Assembly: GCA_041665025.1 (NCBI GenBank)
Contig: JBAYJP010000002.1
Coordinates: 128,691 to 192,690, forward strand
Direction: 5' to 3'
DNA from: Candidatus Magasanikiibacteriota bacterium
Lineage (GTDB): Bacteria; Patescibacteriota; Patescibacteriia; Magasanikbacterales; UBA922
DNA length: 64,000 nt
Shown: positions 17,768 through 27,848 of the stretch, in pieces
How the letters are laid out: each line of letters opens with the position of its first letter
How positions within the stretch are numbered: the first letter of the stretch is position 1
Position numbers and translations under genes: made by a program
Notes under the pieces: generated by a model
What the model saw: the letters and a program-made list of their open reading frames with translations, nothing else
The model's database searches: none
What the model was told of the DNA's origin: nothing

Positions 17768-18112
17768 CTAGTTAAGCTTACTTGCGGCCTCAGATGTTGA
17801 AACGGTTTTACTCATGAAAAAAAGTCTAACAATACCCCAACCAATAAAAAAATAAACAAGCATTGCCAAAAGTGTTGTCCATTCAAAGAGACTACCTTCC
17901 ACGCTACGTGTGCGAAATACACTCGTAAACGGTGTGGTTAGAGGCATTGAGGCTGTATAAATAAAATTCGTGAATCCAGCTTCAGCATTGGCGCCAAACA
18001 TCTTCAGAAATAAACGAAACGCAAGCAAAATCTCAAGTAGACCTACCAGGTACCAAATAATTTGGGTACCATAGTACAGAGGTTTAGTGCTCGGTGAATT
18101 ATAAGAGTCCAT
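17768..18112 (-). CDS. YggT-family membrane protein
   Basis: LEILLAFRLFLKMFGAN...FIY....LTTPF..VF pattern. Confidence 0.7.
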   Translation of the reverse strand: MDSYNSPSTKPLYYGTQIIWYLVGLLEILLAFRLFLKMFGANAEAGFTNFIYTASMPLTTPFTSVFRTRSVEGSLFEWTTLLAMLVYFFIGWGIVRLFFMSKTVSTSEAASKLN

Positions 18113-18148
18113 ATAATTTGTATGTATTAATAAATAAATATTCTTGGT

Positions 18149-18298
18149 TTATACTATTTTCTGGCCTTTAATCAATCTCACAAGTACTATGATAACTGCT
18201 ATTACAAGCAAAACATGGATAAAACCTCCGAGCGTGTAGGAAGTCACAAGTCCGAGTACCCAGAGAATGATTAGAATAATCGCAATAGTCCACAACAT
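18149..18298 (-). CDS. lmo0937-family small membrane protein (49 aa), not in ORF track
   Basis: MLWTIAIILIILWVLGLVTSYTLGGFIHVLLVIAVIIVLVRLIKG. Confidence 0.85.
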   Translation of the reverse strand: MLWTIAIILIILWVLGLVTSYTLGGFIHVLLVIAVIIVLVRLIKGQKIV

Positions 18299-18718
18299 AT
18301 AATACATTTAATTAATTACACTATAAGTTACAAAAAAATAATTTTACATTTTACCTCAATCTTTAGCAGAATTTTCATTGTCAATTTCTTTTTCTTCCCC
18401 ATCTTTAGACAGTGCCATTCCTATCTCATAATATTCATCAAATAATTTATTAATGCTTATATTTGTATTATCGTCCATATAATCAATTTTATTTATTTTA
18501 AAAAAATATTAAATATCTTTCTTCTATTCCTTTTGTCTACTGGTTATTACCTAGGCTGTTTCCCGATAAGGAGTAGAATTTTTAATAATTAAACAAGAAA
18601 GCATCACTATGGTAGTTATCCAATATTAGCTATCAGACTTCCCCCGTATATCTTCAGTAGACACGATGGGCAGTTGGGGTTTCTTTTTCATATACATATA
18701 ATTATTTGTTTTTATTTT

Positions 18719-19057
18719 TTATTTCATTAATTTTAGAGTTTCTTGAATTGTCTTAACAACTGCCTGGACAAACGGATTTCCATGTTCAAGTTTTGGAAAA
18801 ATCTTTTTCCCTTCTTTCTCTTTTTGCAATAAGTTGGCGTGCATTAAAATTTTGATGTGTTGTGATGTTAAAGGTAAAGAAATATCCAGGATCCGCGCTA
18901 TGTTGCTTACTGATATTCTTGGTTGTTGGGCGAGAATGCGAAAAATTCGGTAACGATTAACATCACTCAATACTTTAAACGAAGCCGCCATACTCTTGTC
19001 AGTTTCGCTAAATATTTTACGATTTTCTTTAATTTCCTTTTTGCTCAACATATACAT
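18719..19057 (-). CDS. ArsR/SmtB-family regulator
   Basis: FKVLSDVNRYRIF...SVSNIA..LDISLPLTSQHIKIL. Confidence 0.85.
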   Translation of the reverse strand: MYMLSKKEIKENRKIFSETDKSMAASFKVLSDVNRYRIFRILAQQPRISVSNIARILDISLPLTSQHIKILMHANLLQKEKEGKKIFPKLEHGNPFVQAVVKTIQETLKLMK

Positions 19058-19234
19058 TAGTTAAATAGTTGTTTAATTGTTTAATAATTGTATTATATAT
19101 CATACTAAATCATATGTAAATAGTAAAGTATATGCTCAGGTGTATAAGCCGTGCATAAAGAGTGCATAACTATTACCTAAAATATCAAAAACAGCCCTTG
19201 TAGGCTGTCTTATTTTTTCTCACCTTGCCCCTCT

Positions 19235-19345
19235 CTACTCATCGTTGTCCTTGTCTTCTTTCTTGGCGTCTTTTTCGCCCATCTCTTTTCCTATATCATG
19301 ATATTCTTTTTTTTCATCTTTATTTTTGTCGTCATCGTTGTTCAT
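19235..19345 (-). CDS. Small charged protein (36 aa), paralog of 17475..17588
   Basis: MNNDDDKNKDEKKEYHDIGKEMGEKDAKKEDKDNDE. Confidence 0.6.
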   Translation of the reverse strand: MNNDDDKNKDEKKEYHDIGKEMGEKDAKKEDKDNDE

Positions 19346-19715
19346 ATATTTTTGTTAGTTATGAATTAAATATACTTTGTTGTGCATGAGTAATAACATA
19401 AATCCCTATATAACCCGCAAACAAATTATTTGTCTCCATAGATTAGCCATATTTCGAGCTACCTACCTTTTTTAGTATAATATATAAATACGATATATAA
19501 ACTATCCAACATGTCAAGAGTAATGGATTAAACCCTTTACATAGCAATTCTGACCTAGGCTTGATTTATTATTACTTTTCCATTATACTACTCACCACAA
19601 AAGATCGCGGGGTAGAGCCACATAAAATGGACTTCGTCCATCACGTGGCTAGATAATAAGCTTTTTGAAGTATAGTTATCTAGCGGCGTGATACTACGAA
19701 GTTAGTATTTTACGC

Positions 19716-19789
19716 CGCGGGGTAGAGCAGCCAGGCAGCTCGTCGGGCCCATAACCCGAAGGTCGCCGGTTCAAATCCGGCCCCCGCAA
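19716..19789 (+). tRNA. Initiator tRNA-Met(CAT)
   Basis: C1:A72 mismatch, three G:C pairs closing the anticodon stem, CAT anticodon; CCA not encoded. Confidence 0.93.
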
Positions 19790-19849
19790 CTAAATTTTGC
19801 ATGTGCAATTATTCTGTGATAATATATGTTGCACATCCAAAAATGGCAT

Positions 19850-19903
19850 GCGGTAGTAGTTCAGTTGGCTAGAACGCCCGGCCGGGAGGTCGCCGTTCGG
19901 CTC
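19850..19903 (+). pseudogene. Truncated copy of tRNA-Gly(GCC)
   Basis: First 27 nt identical to 19932-19958; anticodon arm replaced by CCCGGCCGGG; T arm degenerate. Confidence 0.75.
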
Positions 19904-19931
19904 TGATTCTACATTCGAATTTGATAAACAT

Positions 19932-20005
19932 GCGGTAGTAGTTCAGTTGGCTAGAACGTCTCCTTGCCAAGGAGAAGGTCGCCGGTTCGAATCCGGTCTG
20001 CCGCT
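19932..20005 (+). tRNA. tRNA-Gly(GCC)
   Basis: GCGGTAG/CTGCCGC acceptor stem, TCTCC-tt-GCC-aa-GGAGA anticodon arm, GTTCGAAT. Confidence 0.95.
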
Positions 20006-20146
20006 CACCCTGTACCCTTGTGATATGGGGTCACAGTTGAGAAATCAACTGTAACAATAAGGGTTTAGTAATTCATAGGCCCTTACTGTATGGCAACGCA
20101 AAAATCCCCGAAAGGGGATTTTTGTATTATTACCACATCATTTTTA

Positions 20147-21016
20147 CTAGGCAGTTATAAGCGAATTCCAATCACTCACAAATTTACTAAGCCCTGCATC
20201 AGTGAGTTCATGCTGAATATTATAATTACTAAAATCCTTTTCCAAACCTATTTCTTGATAAGGAATCTCTTTCAAATTTTGTACAGGATACACATAATTT
20301 TCCTTTGGCAACTCCATGTTCTTGTGTGCCCACTGTTCCAAAATTTTCAATGGTGCCGTGATAATATCCACACCAAGCGCGAGACAATATAGAAAATGAT
20401 CATACGTTCGGACGCTTGCAGCCAAAACCTCTACATGGTGATCACTCGATTCAAACATGCACATAACATTTTTTATAAATTGCATACCATTTTCTCCCCT
20501 ATCATCAAACCGTCCGATAAAAGGTGACAAATAAACTTGTCCTGGCATTGAGCCAGATGTGGCTGTATACACTGCCCCGGCCTGTTCTTGGGAAAAACAT
20601 AACGTCATATTTACTCGTATTCCCTCTTGGGTTAATTGACGTGCGGTTTCCAGGCCTGCTGATGTAATGGGAAGTTTGATATGAGCATTAGGGATCCACG
20701 CATTCATTTCATGAGCCTGTTCAATCATTGCTTCTGCTAGCGTGGAACTGTCTGCATAGACTTCTACAGAGACCGACCCTTTTGGAACAAGAGAAGAAAT
20801 TTCACTCACAACTTTTTTATAAAATTCATTTATCTGATCCGAGCTCAAGCGCTCACCTGCCCCAAGTTTTTCTTTAAGCTGAGGGTTTTTCGCAATAAGT
20901 GATGGATTGGTTGTCTGCCCATCCAAAAATCCAAGCAGAGCTAGTGCTATTTTCGTTTCACCAGGGTCACCACTATCGAGAAATATCTTGGTTTTTAAAT
21001 TGGTTGGTTTTTCCAT
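20147..21016 (-). CDS. tal: Transaldolase family protein
   Basis: IFLDSG, TTNPS, IKLP, VNMTLCFS, SPFIGR, LAASVR. Confidence 0.9.
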   Translation of the reverse strand: MEKPTNLKTKIFLDSGDPGETKIALALLGFLDGQTTNPSLIAKNPQLKEKLGAGERLSSDQINEFYKKVVSEISSLVPKGSVSVEVYADSSTLAEAMIEQAHEMNAWIPNAHIKLPITSAGLETARQLTQEGIRVNMTLCFSQEQAGAVYTATSGSMPGQVYLSPFIGRFDDRGENGMQFIKNVMCMFESSDHHVEVLAASVRTYDHFLYCLALGVDIITAPLKILEQWAHKNMELPKENYVYPVQNLKEIPYQEIGLEKDFSNYNIQHELTDAGLSKFVSDWNSLITA

Positions 21017-21142
21017 AGGTCTAGCAATTTTAAATTATAAAAATTTCTCAAATAAACAATACCAAAAAAACATACAGCTTTCAAGACTACATCCGTATCC
21101 AAAAATATGATATACTGATTCTATCAATACTAATAACATTTT

Positions 21143-22873
21143 ATGTTGCCTCAAACGACATTGGAGTTTTTGCTTAAAAAAGAATTCAAAATAGCCCCGG
21201 GAGCCCTCAAAATATACCGGGAAGAAGCAGAAAAAAAGAAAAAGGAGTTGGAAGAATATTTGATAAGCCAAGATGCAATTGACGAAACAAAGCTATACAC
21301 GGCTGCCGCAAAAAAGCTCAGTGTGCCCTATATTGAACTCAAGGGAAAGGAGATAAAAAAAGAAGTCCTGAACCTGGTCCCGGCACAGTTTGCCTCTATT
21401 CACAATGTCATTGCTTTTGATAAAACTTCAAATGAACTGCATCTCGCCATGTGTGATTCAGACGATATCCAGACGATCGAATTTTTGCGCCGGAAAACAG
21501 GCCTTACGCCCAAAGTATTTCTTACTTCACCAAGCGACATGAAAGAGGCCTTGCGTAGATATCACGCTGATCTCTCTTCAGACCAGGTTATTGTACAGCT
21601 CAGCGGAGACGCACAATCTGGCGATGTCAAAGATCTCAAAAAAGCCGCGGAAGAGCTTCCTATTATAAACATTGTCAATTCTATACTTGAGCATGCAGTA
21701 TTTGAAGGAGCAAGCGATATTCACATAGAACCGACAGAAAAAGAAGTGTCTGTACGATACCGAGTAGATGGTATGCTCCAACAAGTCATGACCTTGCCCA
21801 AGCAAGTCCAAAATGGAATCATGGCCCGCGTCAAAATATTGGCTCGTTTAAAAATTGATGAACACATGATTCCGCAAGACGGAAGGTTCAAAATACAGGT
21901 ACAAGATGAAAAACTCTCTTTCCGTGTTTCTATAATACCGGTATACGATGGAGAAAAAATTGTTATGCGCCTTTTGCATGAAGGCCAGAAGCCGCTCACA
22001 CTCGAAGAACTTGGGTTCTCTCAAAATATACGAGAAGAGGTTGAAGATTCTCTCAAAAAACCACACGGCATGATACTTGTTACTGGGCCAACAGGAAGTG
22101 GAAAGACGACGACGCTATACTCGGTCCTGGGGATGCTCAACCAGCCAAATGTTAATATTTGTACCATAGAAGACCCTATTGAGTACCACGTTCAAGGAAT
22201 TAACCAAAGTCAGATAAATCCCAAAGCAGGATTCACGTTTGCGTCCGGGTTGCGCGCATTTTTACGCCAAGATCCAGACATTATTATGGTCGGAGAAATC
22301 CGCGACAAAGAGACAGCAGAAATTGCGATTCATGCCGCCATGACCGGGCACCTCGTCCTTTCCACGCTCCATACCAACGATGCTCCTACGACGCTTCCTC
22401 GTCTTATTGATATGGACATCCCGCCATTTTTGGTTGCATTCACGGCAAACATTATCATTGCACAGCGTCTTGTACGAAAAATTTGTCCGTACTGCAAAAA
22501 ACCGTACACTCTTTCTGCTTCAGAGATAAAACAGCTGGGGAAACTTATTGATATGAAGAAAACGCTTGGATTATTTAAAAAAGAAAATATAAAACTTGAT
22601 GCAAAAGAAAAAAATCTCCAAGCCATGACATTTTACCGCGGAGAAGGATGCGCACGCTGTCACAAGAGTGGCTACAAAGGACGCATGGGTATTTATGAAG
22701 TACTTACCATCACCGAAGAACTAATAAAACGCATCAATGAACGCGCAACTGCCCAAGACATCAAAGATTATGCGCAAGAACACGGCATGGTTACATTATT
22801 TCAAGATGGTCTTGTCAAAGCCAAACAAGGCATTACCACTATTGAAGAAATTTTACGCGTCACCAAAGAATAA
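21143..22873 (+). CDS. pilB: Type IV pilus assembly ATPase (PilB/GspE)
   Basis: ASDIHIEP, GPTGSGKTTT, EDPIEY, LRQDPD, GHLVLSTLHTN, CxxC pairs. Confidence 0.92.
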   Translation: MLPQTTLEFLLKKEFKIAPGALKIYREEAEKKKKELEEYLISQDAIDETKLYTAAAKKLSVPYIELKGKEIKKEVLNLVPAQFASIHNVIAFDKTSNELHLAMCDSDDIQTIEFLRRKTGLTPKVFLTSPSDMKEALRRYHADLSSDQVIVQLSGDAQSGDVKDLKKAAEELPIINIVNSILEHAVFEGASDIHIEPTEKEVSVRYRVDGMLQQVMTLPKQVQNGIMARVKILARLKIDEHMIPQDGRFKIQVQDEKLSFRVSIIPVYDGEKIVMRLLHEGQKPLTLEELGFSQNIREEVEDSLKKPHGMILVTGPTGSGKTTTLYSVLGMLNQPNVNICTIEDPIEYHVQGINQSQINPKAGFTFASGLRAFLRQDPDIIMVGEIRDKETAEIAIHAAMTGHLVLSTLHTNDAPTTLPRLIDMDIPPFLVAFTANIIIAQRLVRKICPYCKKPYTLSASEIKQLGKLIDMKKTLGLFKKENIKLDAKEKNLQAMTFYRGEGCARCHKSGYKGRMGIYEVLTITEELIKRINERATAQDIKDYAQEHGMVTLFQDGLVKAKQGITTIEEILRVTKE

Positions 22874-22882
22874 TAATACGAC

Positions 22883-23995
22883 ATGACTAAAGTTGAAAAA
22901 CAACTATCGCCTCTCGAACAAAAACTCAATAGTATTGCGATACGTCTAACACGCATCAAGGCGATTCAGAAAACTTTTTTTCTAGACCACCTCAGAACCA
23001 TGCTACACGCAGGGCTTTCTCTTGTGGAAGCGCTTCATGTACTGAGTAAAGAAACTGAAAACAAAAAACTCAAAGATATCATCGGCCATATTACTGAAGA
23101 TGTTGAAAAAGGCCAGCAATTGAGCGAAACACTAAATAAATATCCCAAAGTGTTTCCCTCTATGTATGTGAAGATGATTGAATCTGGCGAAGTAGCGGGA
23201 AAACTCGAGGAATCACTTGAACAAATTGTGATCCAAATGAAAAAAAGCAATGCGCTCAAAAGCAGCATACGCGGCGCCATGATTTATCCCGCAGTCATTA
23301 TCATAGCTATCAGCATAGTTGCAATACTTATGGTTACCGTAGTCTTGCCAAAAATCATGACGCTATTTGACGAATTTGAAACTGAGTTGCCTCTTGCAAC
23401 CCGTGTGTTAATAGCAATTACTTCATTTCTCAGCAGCCCCGTCAATCTCGTTTTAACGCTAGGAACTATAATCGGCCTTATCATTCTGTTTGTTGTGGGA
23501 TTAAAAAAATCTGTGCCATTCAAAGATGTCGTACACCGTGTAAATTTGAAGTTGCCTATTGCAGGACATGTTATAAAACAAATCAATCTTGCACGTTTTT
23601 CATTGACCCTTTCATCCCTTTTAAAAAGTACCATACCTATTACCGAAGCAGTCGAAATTACCGGACAGACATGCAGCAACGTGCAATACCAAAAAGCCCT
23701 CCACGCGGCAACTGACAAAATCCAAAAAGGCATCCCCTTATCAGAAATTCTTGTTGAGCATGAAAAATTATTTCCCCCACTTGTCACCGAGATGATCATG
23801 GTAGGTGAACGAACCGGTGAAATAGATCGATTGCTCAGTGAACTTGCGAATTTTTATTCTGACGAGGTAGACAAAACAATGAAAAACTTTTCTACCATCA
23901 TTGAACCTGCTATCATTATTCTGCTTGGACTTGCCGTAGCTGGAATTGCTGTCGCGGTTATCGCACCAATGTTTAGTTTGATGCAGAATTTTTAA
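22883..23995 (+). CDS. pilC: Type IV pilus inner-membrane platform protein (PilC/GspF)
   Basis: Two GspF repeats, AMIYP, GE..G motifs. Confidence 0.92.
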   Translation: MTKVEKQLSPLEQKLNSIAIRLTRIKAIQKTFFLDHLRTMLHAGLSLVEALHVLSKETENKKLKDIIGHITEDVEKGQQLSETLNKYPKVFPSMYVKMIESGEVAGKLEESLEQIVIQMKKSNALKSSIRGAMIYPAVIIIAISIVAILMVTVVLPKIMTLFDEFETELPLATRVLIAITSFLSSPVNLVLTLGTIIGLIILFVVGLKKSVPFKDVVHRVNLKLPIAGHVIKQINLARFSLTLSSLLKSTIPITEAVEITGQTCSNVQYQKALHAATDKIQKGIPLSEILVEHEKLFPPLVTEMIMVGERTGEIDRLLSELANFYSDEVDKTMKNFSTIIEPAIIILLGLAVAGIAVAVIAPMFSLMQNF

Positions 23996-24048
23996 AAAAC
24001 AACAACTTAGATAACTTAGGTACTTAGCAAACTTAGCCACTTATCATA

Positions 24049-25155
24049 ATGTTCACCAACCCTTTCCCCAATGCATTTGGCCTGGATATCGGAGACCTGT
24101 CTATCAAACTGGTCCAATTATCTAATGTTTCAAATTATTTCAAAGGTTCTCACTATGAATATGCGTCAGCACGTTCTATTTCTTTACCTCCAGGACTGGT
24201 AGTCAATGGTGAACTCACACAGCCAGAAGAAATCAGACACTACATACAAAAACTTTTAGGACACAGATCAAAAACCGAAAAACCTATAAAAAGTCCATGG
24301 GTTGTCGCTTCATTGCCTGAACCGCAGGGTTTTACCAAGCTCATAACCATTCCAAAATCACCTCAAGAATTGATAGAAGATGATATTATCATAGAAGCTA
24401 AAAAGAATATACCATTTACCGAAGATGACCACTATTATATTGATTGGCAAGTATTAACTCCATCAAGTGAAAAAGATGTGATGGTGCGTGCCCTCATCAC
24501 TGCGATCCCCAAATTTACTGCGGACAGCTATACCTATTTGCTTGAGAGTCTTGGTCTTGGAGTAATTGCACTTGAGCTAGAAGCTCTCTCAACCACTCGG
24601 TCTATGGTGACTTCAAAAAAGGAATATACTGGGCAAGCACGAGCACTTTTGGATATTGGCTCGACCCGGTCAAATCTTGTTATTTATGATGATAATACCA
24701 TTCAATTTACAACTTCCCTCCCATATTCAGGGGAACTTCTCACAACCGCACTCTCTCAAAAACTCCATGTCTCATATGAAGAAGCTACCCGAATCAAAAA
24801 AGAATACGGACTCGAATATAAAAAAGATAAGCAAGCGTGGACGGCACTGATACATGAGACAAAATTATTTGCTGATGACATAAGAAAAAATATTTTGTTT
24901 TACTACAGTCACTTCAAAAACACGAACCGCATCACACATATTACCATGTGTGGCAGTGGAAGCAATCTAAAGCATTTGGAACGTTTCTTATCTCTTGAGC
25001 TTAAAATAGAATGCAGGCCGGGTCATGTGTGGAAAAATCTTTCAGCAAAAAAACAAATACCTATCTCAGACGAGGAATCATTGGGTTATGCAACTGCCAT
25101 TGGTCTTGCATTGCGTGCCGCCGACAACCCATTTTTTAAGCATGACACCATATAA
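24049..25155 (+). CDS. pilM: Type IV pilus assembly protein PilM
   Basis: GLDIG..SIK, LDIGS actin-like motifs, AIGLALR end. Confidence 0.88.
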   Translation: MFTNPFPNAFGLDIGDLSIKLVQLSNVSNYFKGSHYEYASARSISLPPGLVVNGELTQPEEIRHYIQKLLGHRSKTEKPIKSPWVVASLPEPQGFTKLITIPKSPQELIEDDIIIEAKKNIPFTEDDHYYIDWQVLTPSSEKDVMVRALITAIPKFTADSYTYLLESLGLGVIALELEALSTTRSMVTSKKEYTGQARALLDIGSTRSNLVIYDDNTIQFTTSLPYSGELLTTALSQKLHVSYEEATRIKKEYGLEYKKDKQAWTALIHETKLFADDIRKNILFYYSHFKNTNRITHITMCGSGSNLKHLERFLSLELKIECRPGHVWKNLSAKKQIPISDEESLGYATAIGLALRAADNPFFKHDTI

Positions 25156-25158
25156 CGT

Positions 25159-25701
25159 ATGCACCCTTTACGACTCAATTTGCTATCTCCGCAAAAAAAA
25201 TCTTATCTGACACAAATGACTCATTTTCAGTTTATAAAAAATATTTGTGAGATACTCCTCATTATTGCCAGCCTTATTGGTATAGCTTTACTCGGATCCC
25301 AGCTTATCCTACAAACATACTTTGGAAATCTCATGGAGAGCATCGTGCAAATAGACAACCAACATACCGAGGAAATTCGTACAATAATACAAATTAATAA
25401 GGCCCTCGACCACACCCGAGAAATCCAAAAAGAATTTGTGGTATGGACGCCAAAACTCGAAAAAATAACGTCTGCTATTCCTGAAGGAATCACTATTTAC
25501 TCACAATCAATATCATATCCAGACAAAATGCTCACTCTAACAGGTCTTGCATCCACGCGTGACAACCTCATTACATTTCACGAAAATCTTAAGAAAATCC
25601 CCTTTGTGCAAGGCGTCAACACCCCACTCTCAGAACTTACACAGCCTGAAAATATTTCATTTACCATAACCGCAAGCCTTGTAAACCAAGATTCTTTGTA
25701 A
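25159..25701 (+). CDS. pilN: PilN-like protein
   Basis: LNLL motif, TM helix, position after pilM. Confidence 0.75.
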   Translation: MHPLRLNLLSPQKKSYLTQMTHFQFIKNICEILLIIASLIGIALLGSQLILQTYFGNLMESIVQIDNQHTEEIRTIIQINKALDHTREIQKEFVVWTPKLEKITSAIPEGITIYSQSISYPDKMLTLTGLASTRDNLITFHENLKKIPFVQGVNTPLSELTQPENISFTITASLVNQDSL

Positions 25702-25703
25702 GT

Positions 25704-26273
25704 ATGAAGACCCTTCCGCTAAAATATAGAATTATAAGTGTCACGGGAATTATTTTTCTTGGTGTTCTTGCGATTGGCCTTGGCATTATATACCCTACTA
25801 CCCGCCATATCGTTGTCACAAGAAAGAGCATTGAAAAAACAGAGTCTCAATTGGAGGAACAATACCAAAAAGCAAAATTATTGAGACGTTCTATTGTGGA
25901 ATTAGACACAATCAAACAAAAAATGTCACAGTTAAATAAAATCACACTCAATAAAGGCGATGAACTGGTAACGATACGAGAATTTGAACAGCTAGCTGCT
26001 CGCCACTCCTTAAAGCAAAAGCTCGACGTAGTATATAATGATGGAAAAAATATAGACTCCAAACCAAAAAAAGAAAAAGTAATAAAAAGACCTCATTATA
26101 TCTTTTCATTCTCCCTTGAAGGTTCATACAAAAACCTTATGTCTTATATCCAAGATCTAGAACGCACGCCATACTATATTATCATTGAACAATTGTCATG
26201 GACCAGGCCATCCAAAAGCGAACAACAAACCGTTATCTTGGAATTTGACGGACGCGTATATAGTAAAGAATAA
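25704..26273 (+). CDS. pilO: PilO-like protein
   Basis: TM, coiled coil, GSY..L..YI..LE motif; operon position. Confidence 0.7.
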   Translation: MKTLPLKYRIISVTGIIFLGVLAIGLGIIYPTTRHIVVTRKSIEKTESQLEEQYQKAKLLRRSIVELDTIKQKMSQLNKITLNKGDELVTIREFEQLAARHSLKQKLDVVYNDGKNIDSKPKKEKVIKRPHYIFSFSLEGSYKNLMSYIQDLERTPYYIIIEQLSWTRPSKSEQQTVILEFDGRVYSKE

Positions 26274-26276
26274 CGT

Positions 26277-26672
26277 ATGAATATTAATTTTTTTCCGCAC
26301 AAAAAAAGATTTTCTCTCGATGAACCGCACGAATACCGTTCAGCTCAATCATTGCGCATTATTAATTTTTTGGTTATTGGTGCGACGATTGCCATACTTG
26401 GAGTTAGTGCCTGGTTTATTTATTCATACATATATCTTACTATTGGAAAAGTCGAAAATATTATGCTCATAAATACTGCACCACACTTTGAACCTATCAA
26501 TTTCAAATCATACGACGATGCCATGGATGCATGGAATAACAAAAATGAATTACCTGTGCAAGAAATCATTGTAGATCCATTTTATCCTCAGACGTCAACT
26601 ACTACCAGTACAGCGACTACAACCCCAGATATACCGCCTATTCTTCCAACTGGCACAGCTATTTCGTTATGA
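26277..26672 (+). CDS. Hypothetical membrane protein (PilP position)
   Basis: Single TM helix, DPF motif, Thr-rich tail. Confidence 0.55.
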   Translation: MNINFFPHKKRFSLDEPHEYRSAQSLRIINFLVIGATIAILGVSAWFIYSYIYLTIGKVENIMLINTAPHFEPINFKSYDDAMDAWNNKNELPVQEIIVDPFYPQTSTTTSTATTTPDIPPILPTGTAISL

Positions 26673-27814
26673 AATATCTATTTCAACTTGGCCATCAACC
26701 ACACATCTCTACTGCTGAACTCGATGCAGTTTTTTTGCATAAGCACATACGCACGTCGGCACATACGCACGTCGGCACATACTTGATCCTAGAGAGCAAT
26801 GACTTAAGAGATTCTCAAAAACTTTTAGAACAGCTCGGGGGAACAATTAAAATAGGAAAAGAAATTGACTTACACAAGTCTGCAGAACAGTCCATTTCTG
26901 ATTTTTTACATGAAAAAACTGAAGGAAAAATTCATTTCTCTATCTCGGGTGATAATGCAAAGACAGCTGCTCTTGCAGTAAAGAAAAACCTAAAATCATT
27001 GGGAAAATCAGTGCGCTTTATTGAGCCAAAAAACACAGCCACCATCCTACACAATAATTTAATTGAGAAAAAAGGAGATTTTACCATTGTGGGCAAGGAT
27101 GTTTTTGTCACCGTGGCAATTCAGGATATAGAAGAATTTACTAAGCGTGATTTTGACCGTCCCGGCAGTGATAGTTTTTCTGGTATGATTCCACCAAAAC
27201 TTGCACGCATCATGATAAATCTCGCACAAGTAGATCACAACTCAATAATTTTAGATCCATTTTGTGGTTCAGGTACTGTTCTCACCGAAGCGCTATCAAT
27301 GGGATACACGAATCTCATTGGTTCTGACATTTCCGAAAAAGCCATCGCAGATACCAAAAAAAATATTGAGTGGCTACAAAGTAATTTCAAATCCTTAGAC
27401 CCGGACTTAGGGTTTCAAATTTCAAATTTCAAGTTATTTATCTCACCGGCCCAGTCCATCAACAAAATTATCTCCAAGCCTGGTATCGAGGCTATCATTA
27501 CAGAGCCCTACCTCGGCAAACCCCTCAAAGGTAATGAAACTCGATCTCAACTTGAAAAACAAGCAGAGGAGCTTAAACAGCTTTATATAGACTCTTTTAA
27601 AAGCTTTAAACAGGCTCTCAAACTAAAAGGCGTAATAGTATTTATTTTCCCTAAATTTAAATACAAAGACGAATGGATATCTACATTTCCCCGTGAGCAA
27701 TTAAAACAAGAAGGCTTTAGTATACAACCACTCAATAAAGACAACGAATCACTCCTATATCACCGGCCCAAACAGCACCTAGGAAGAGAGATACATAGAC
27801 TAATAAAAAAATAG
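26669..27814 (+). CDS. Trm11/TrmG10-like SAM-dependent RNA methyltransferase
   Basis: GMIPPKLARIMINL, LDPFCGSGT, GSDI, TEPYLG. Confidence 0.8.
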   Translation: MKYLFQLGHQPHISTAELDAVFLHKHIRTSAHTHVGTYLILESNDLRDSQKLLEQLGGTIKIGKEIDLHKSAEQSISDFLHEKTEGKIHFSISGDNAKTAALAVKKNLKSLGKSVRFIEPKNTATILHNNLIEKKGDFTIVGKDVFVTVAIQDIEEFTKRDFDRPGSDSFSGMIPPKLARIMINLAQVDHNSIILDPFCGSGTVLTEALSMGYTNLIGSDISEKAIADTKKNIEWLQSNFKSLDPDLGFQISNFKLFISPAQSINKIISKPGIEAIITEPYLGKPLKGNETRSQLEKQAEELKQLYIDSFKSFKQALKLKGVIVFIFPKFKYKDEWISTFPREQLKQEGFSIQPLNKDNESLLYHRPKQHLGREIHRLIKK

Positions 27815-27848
27815 CACTTTACCTAGTGCTATTTTTTATCCCAGAGTT

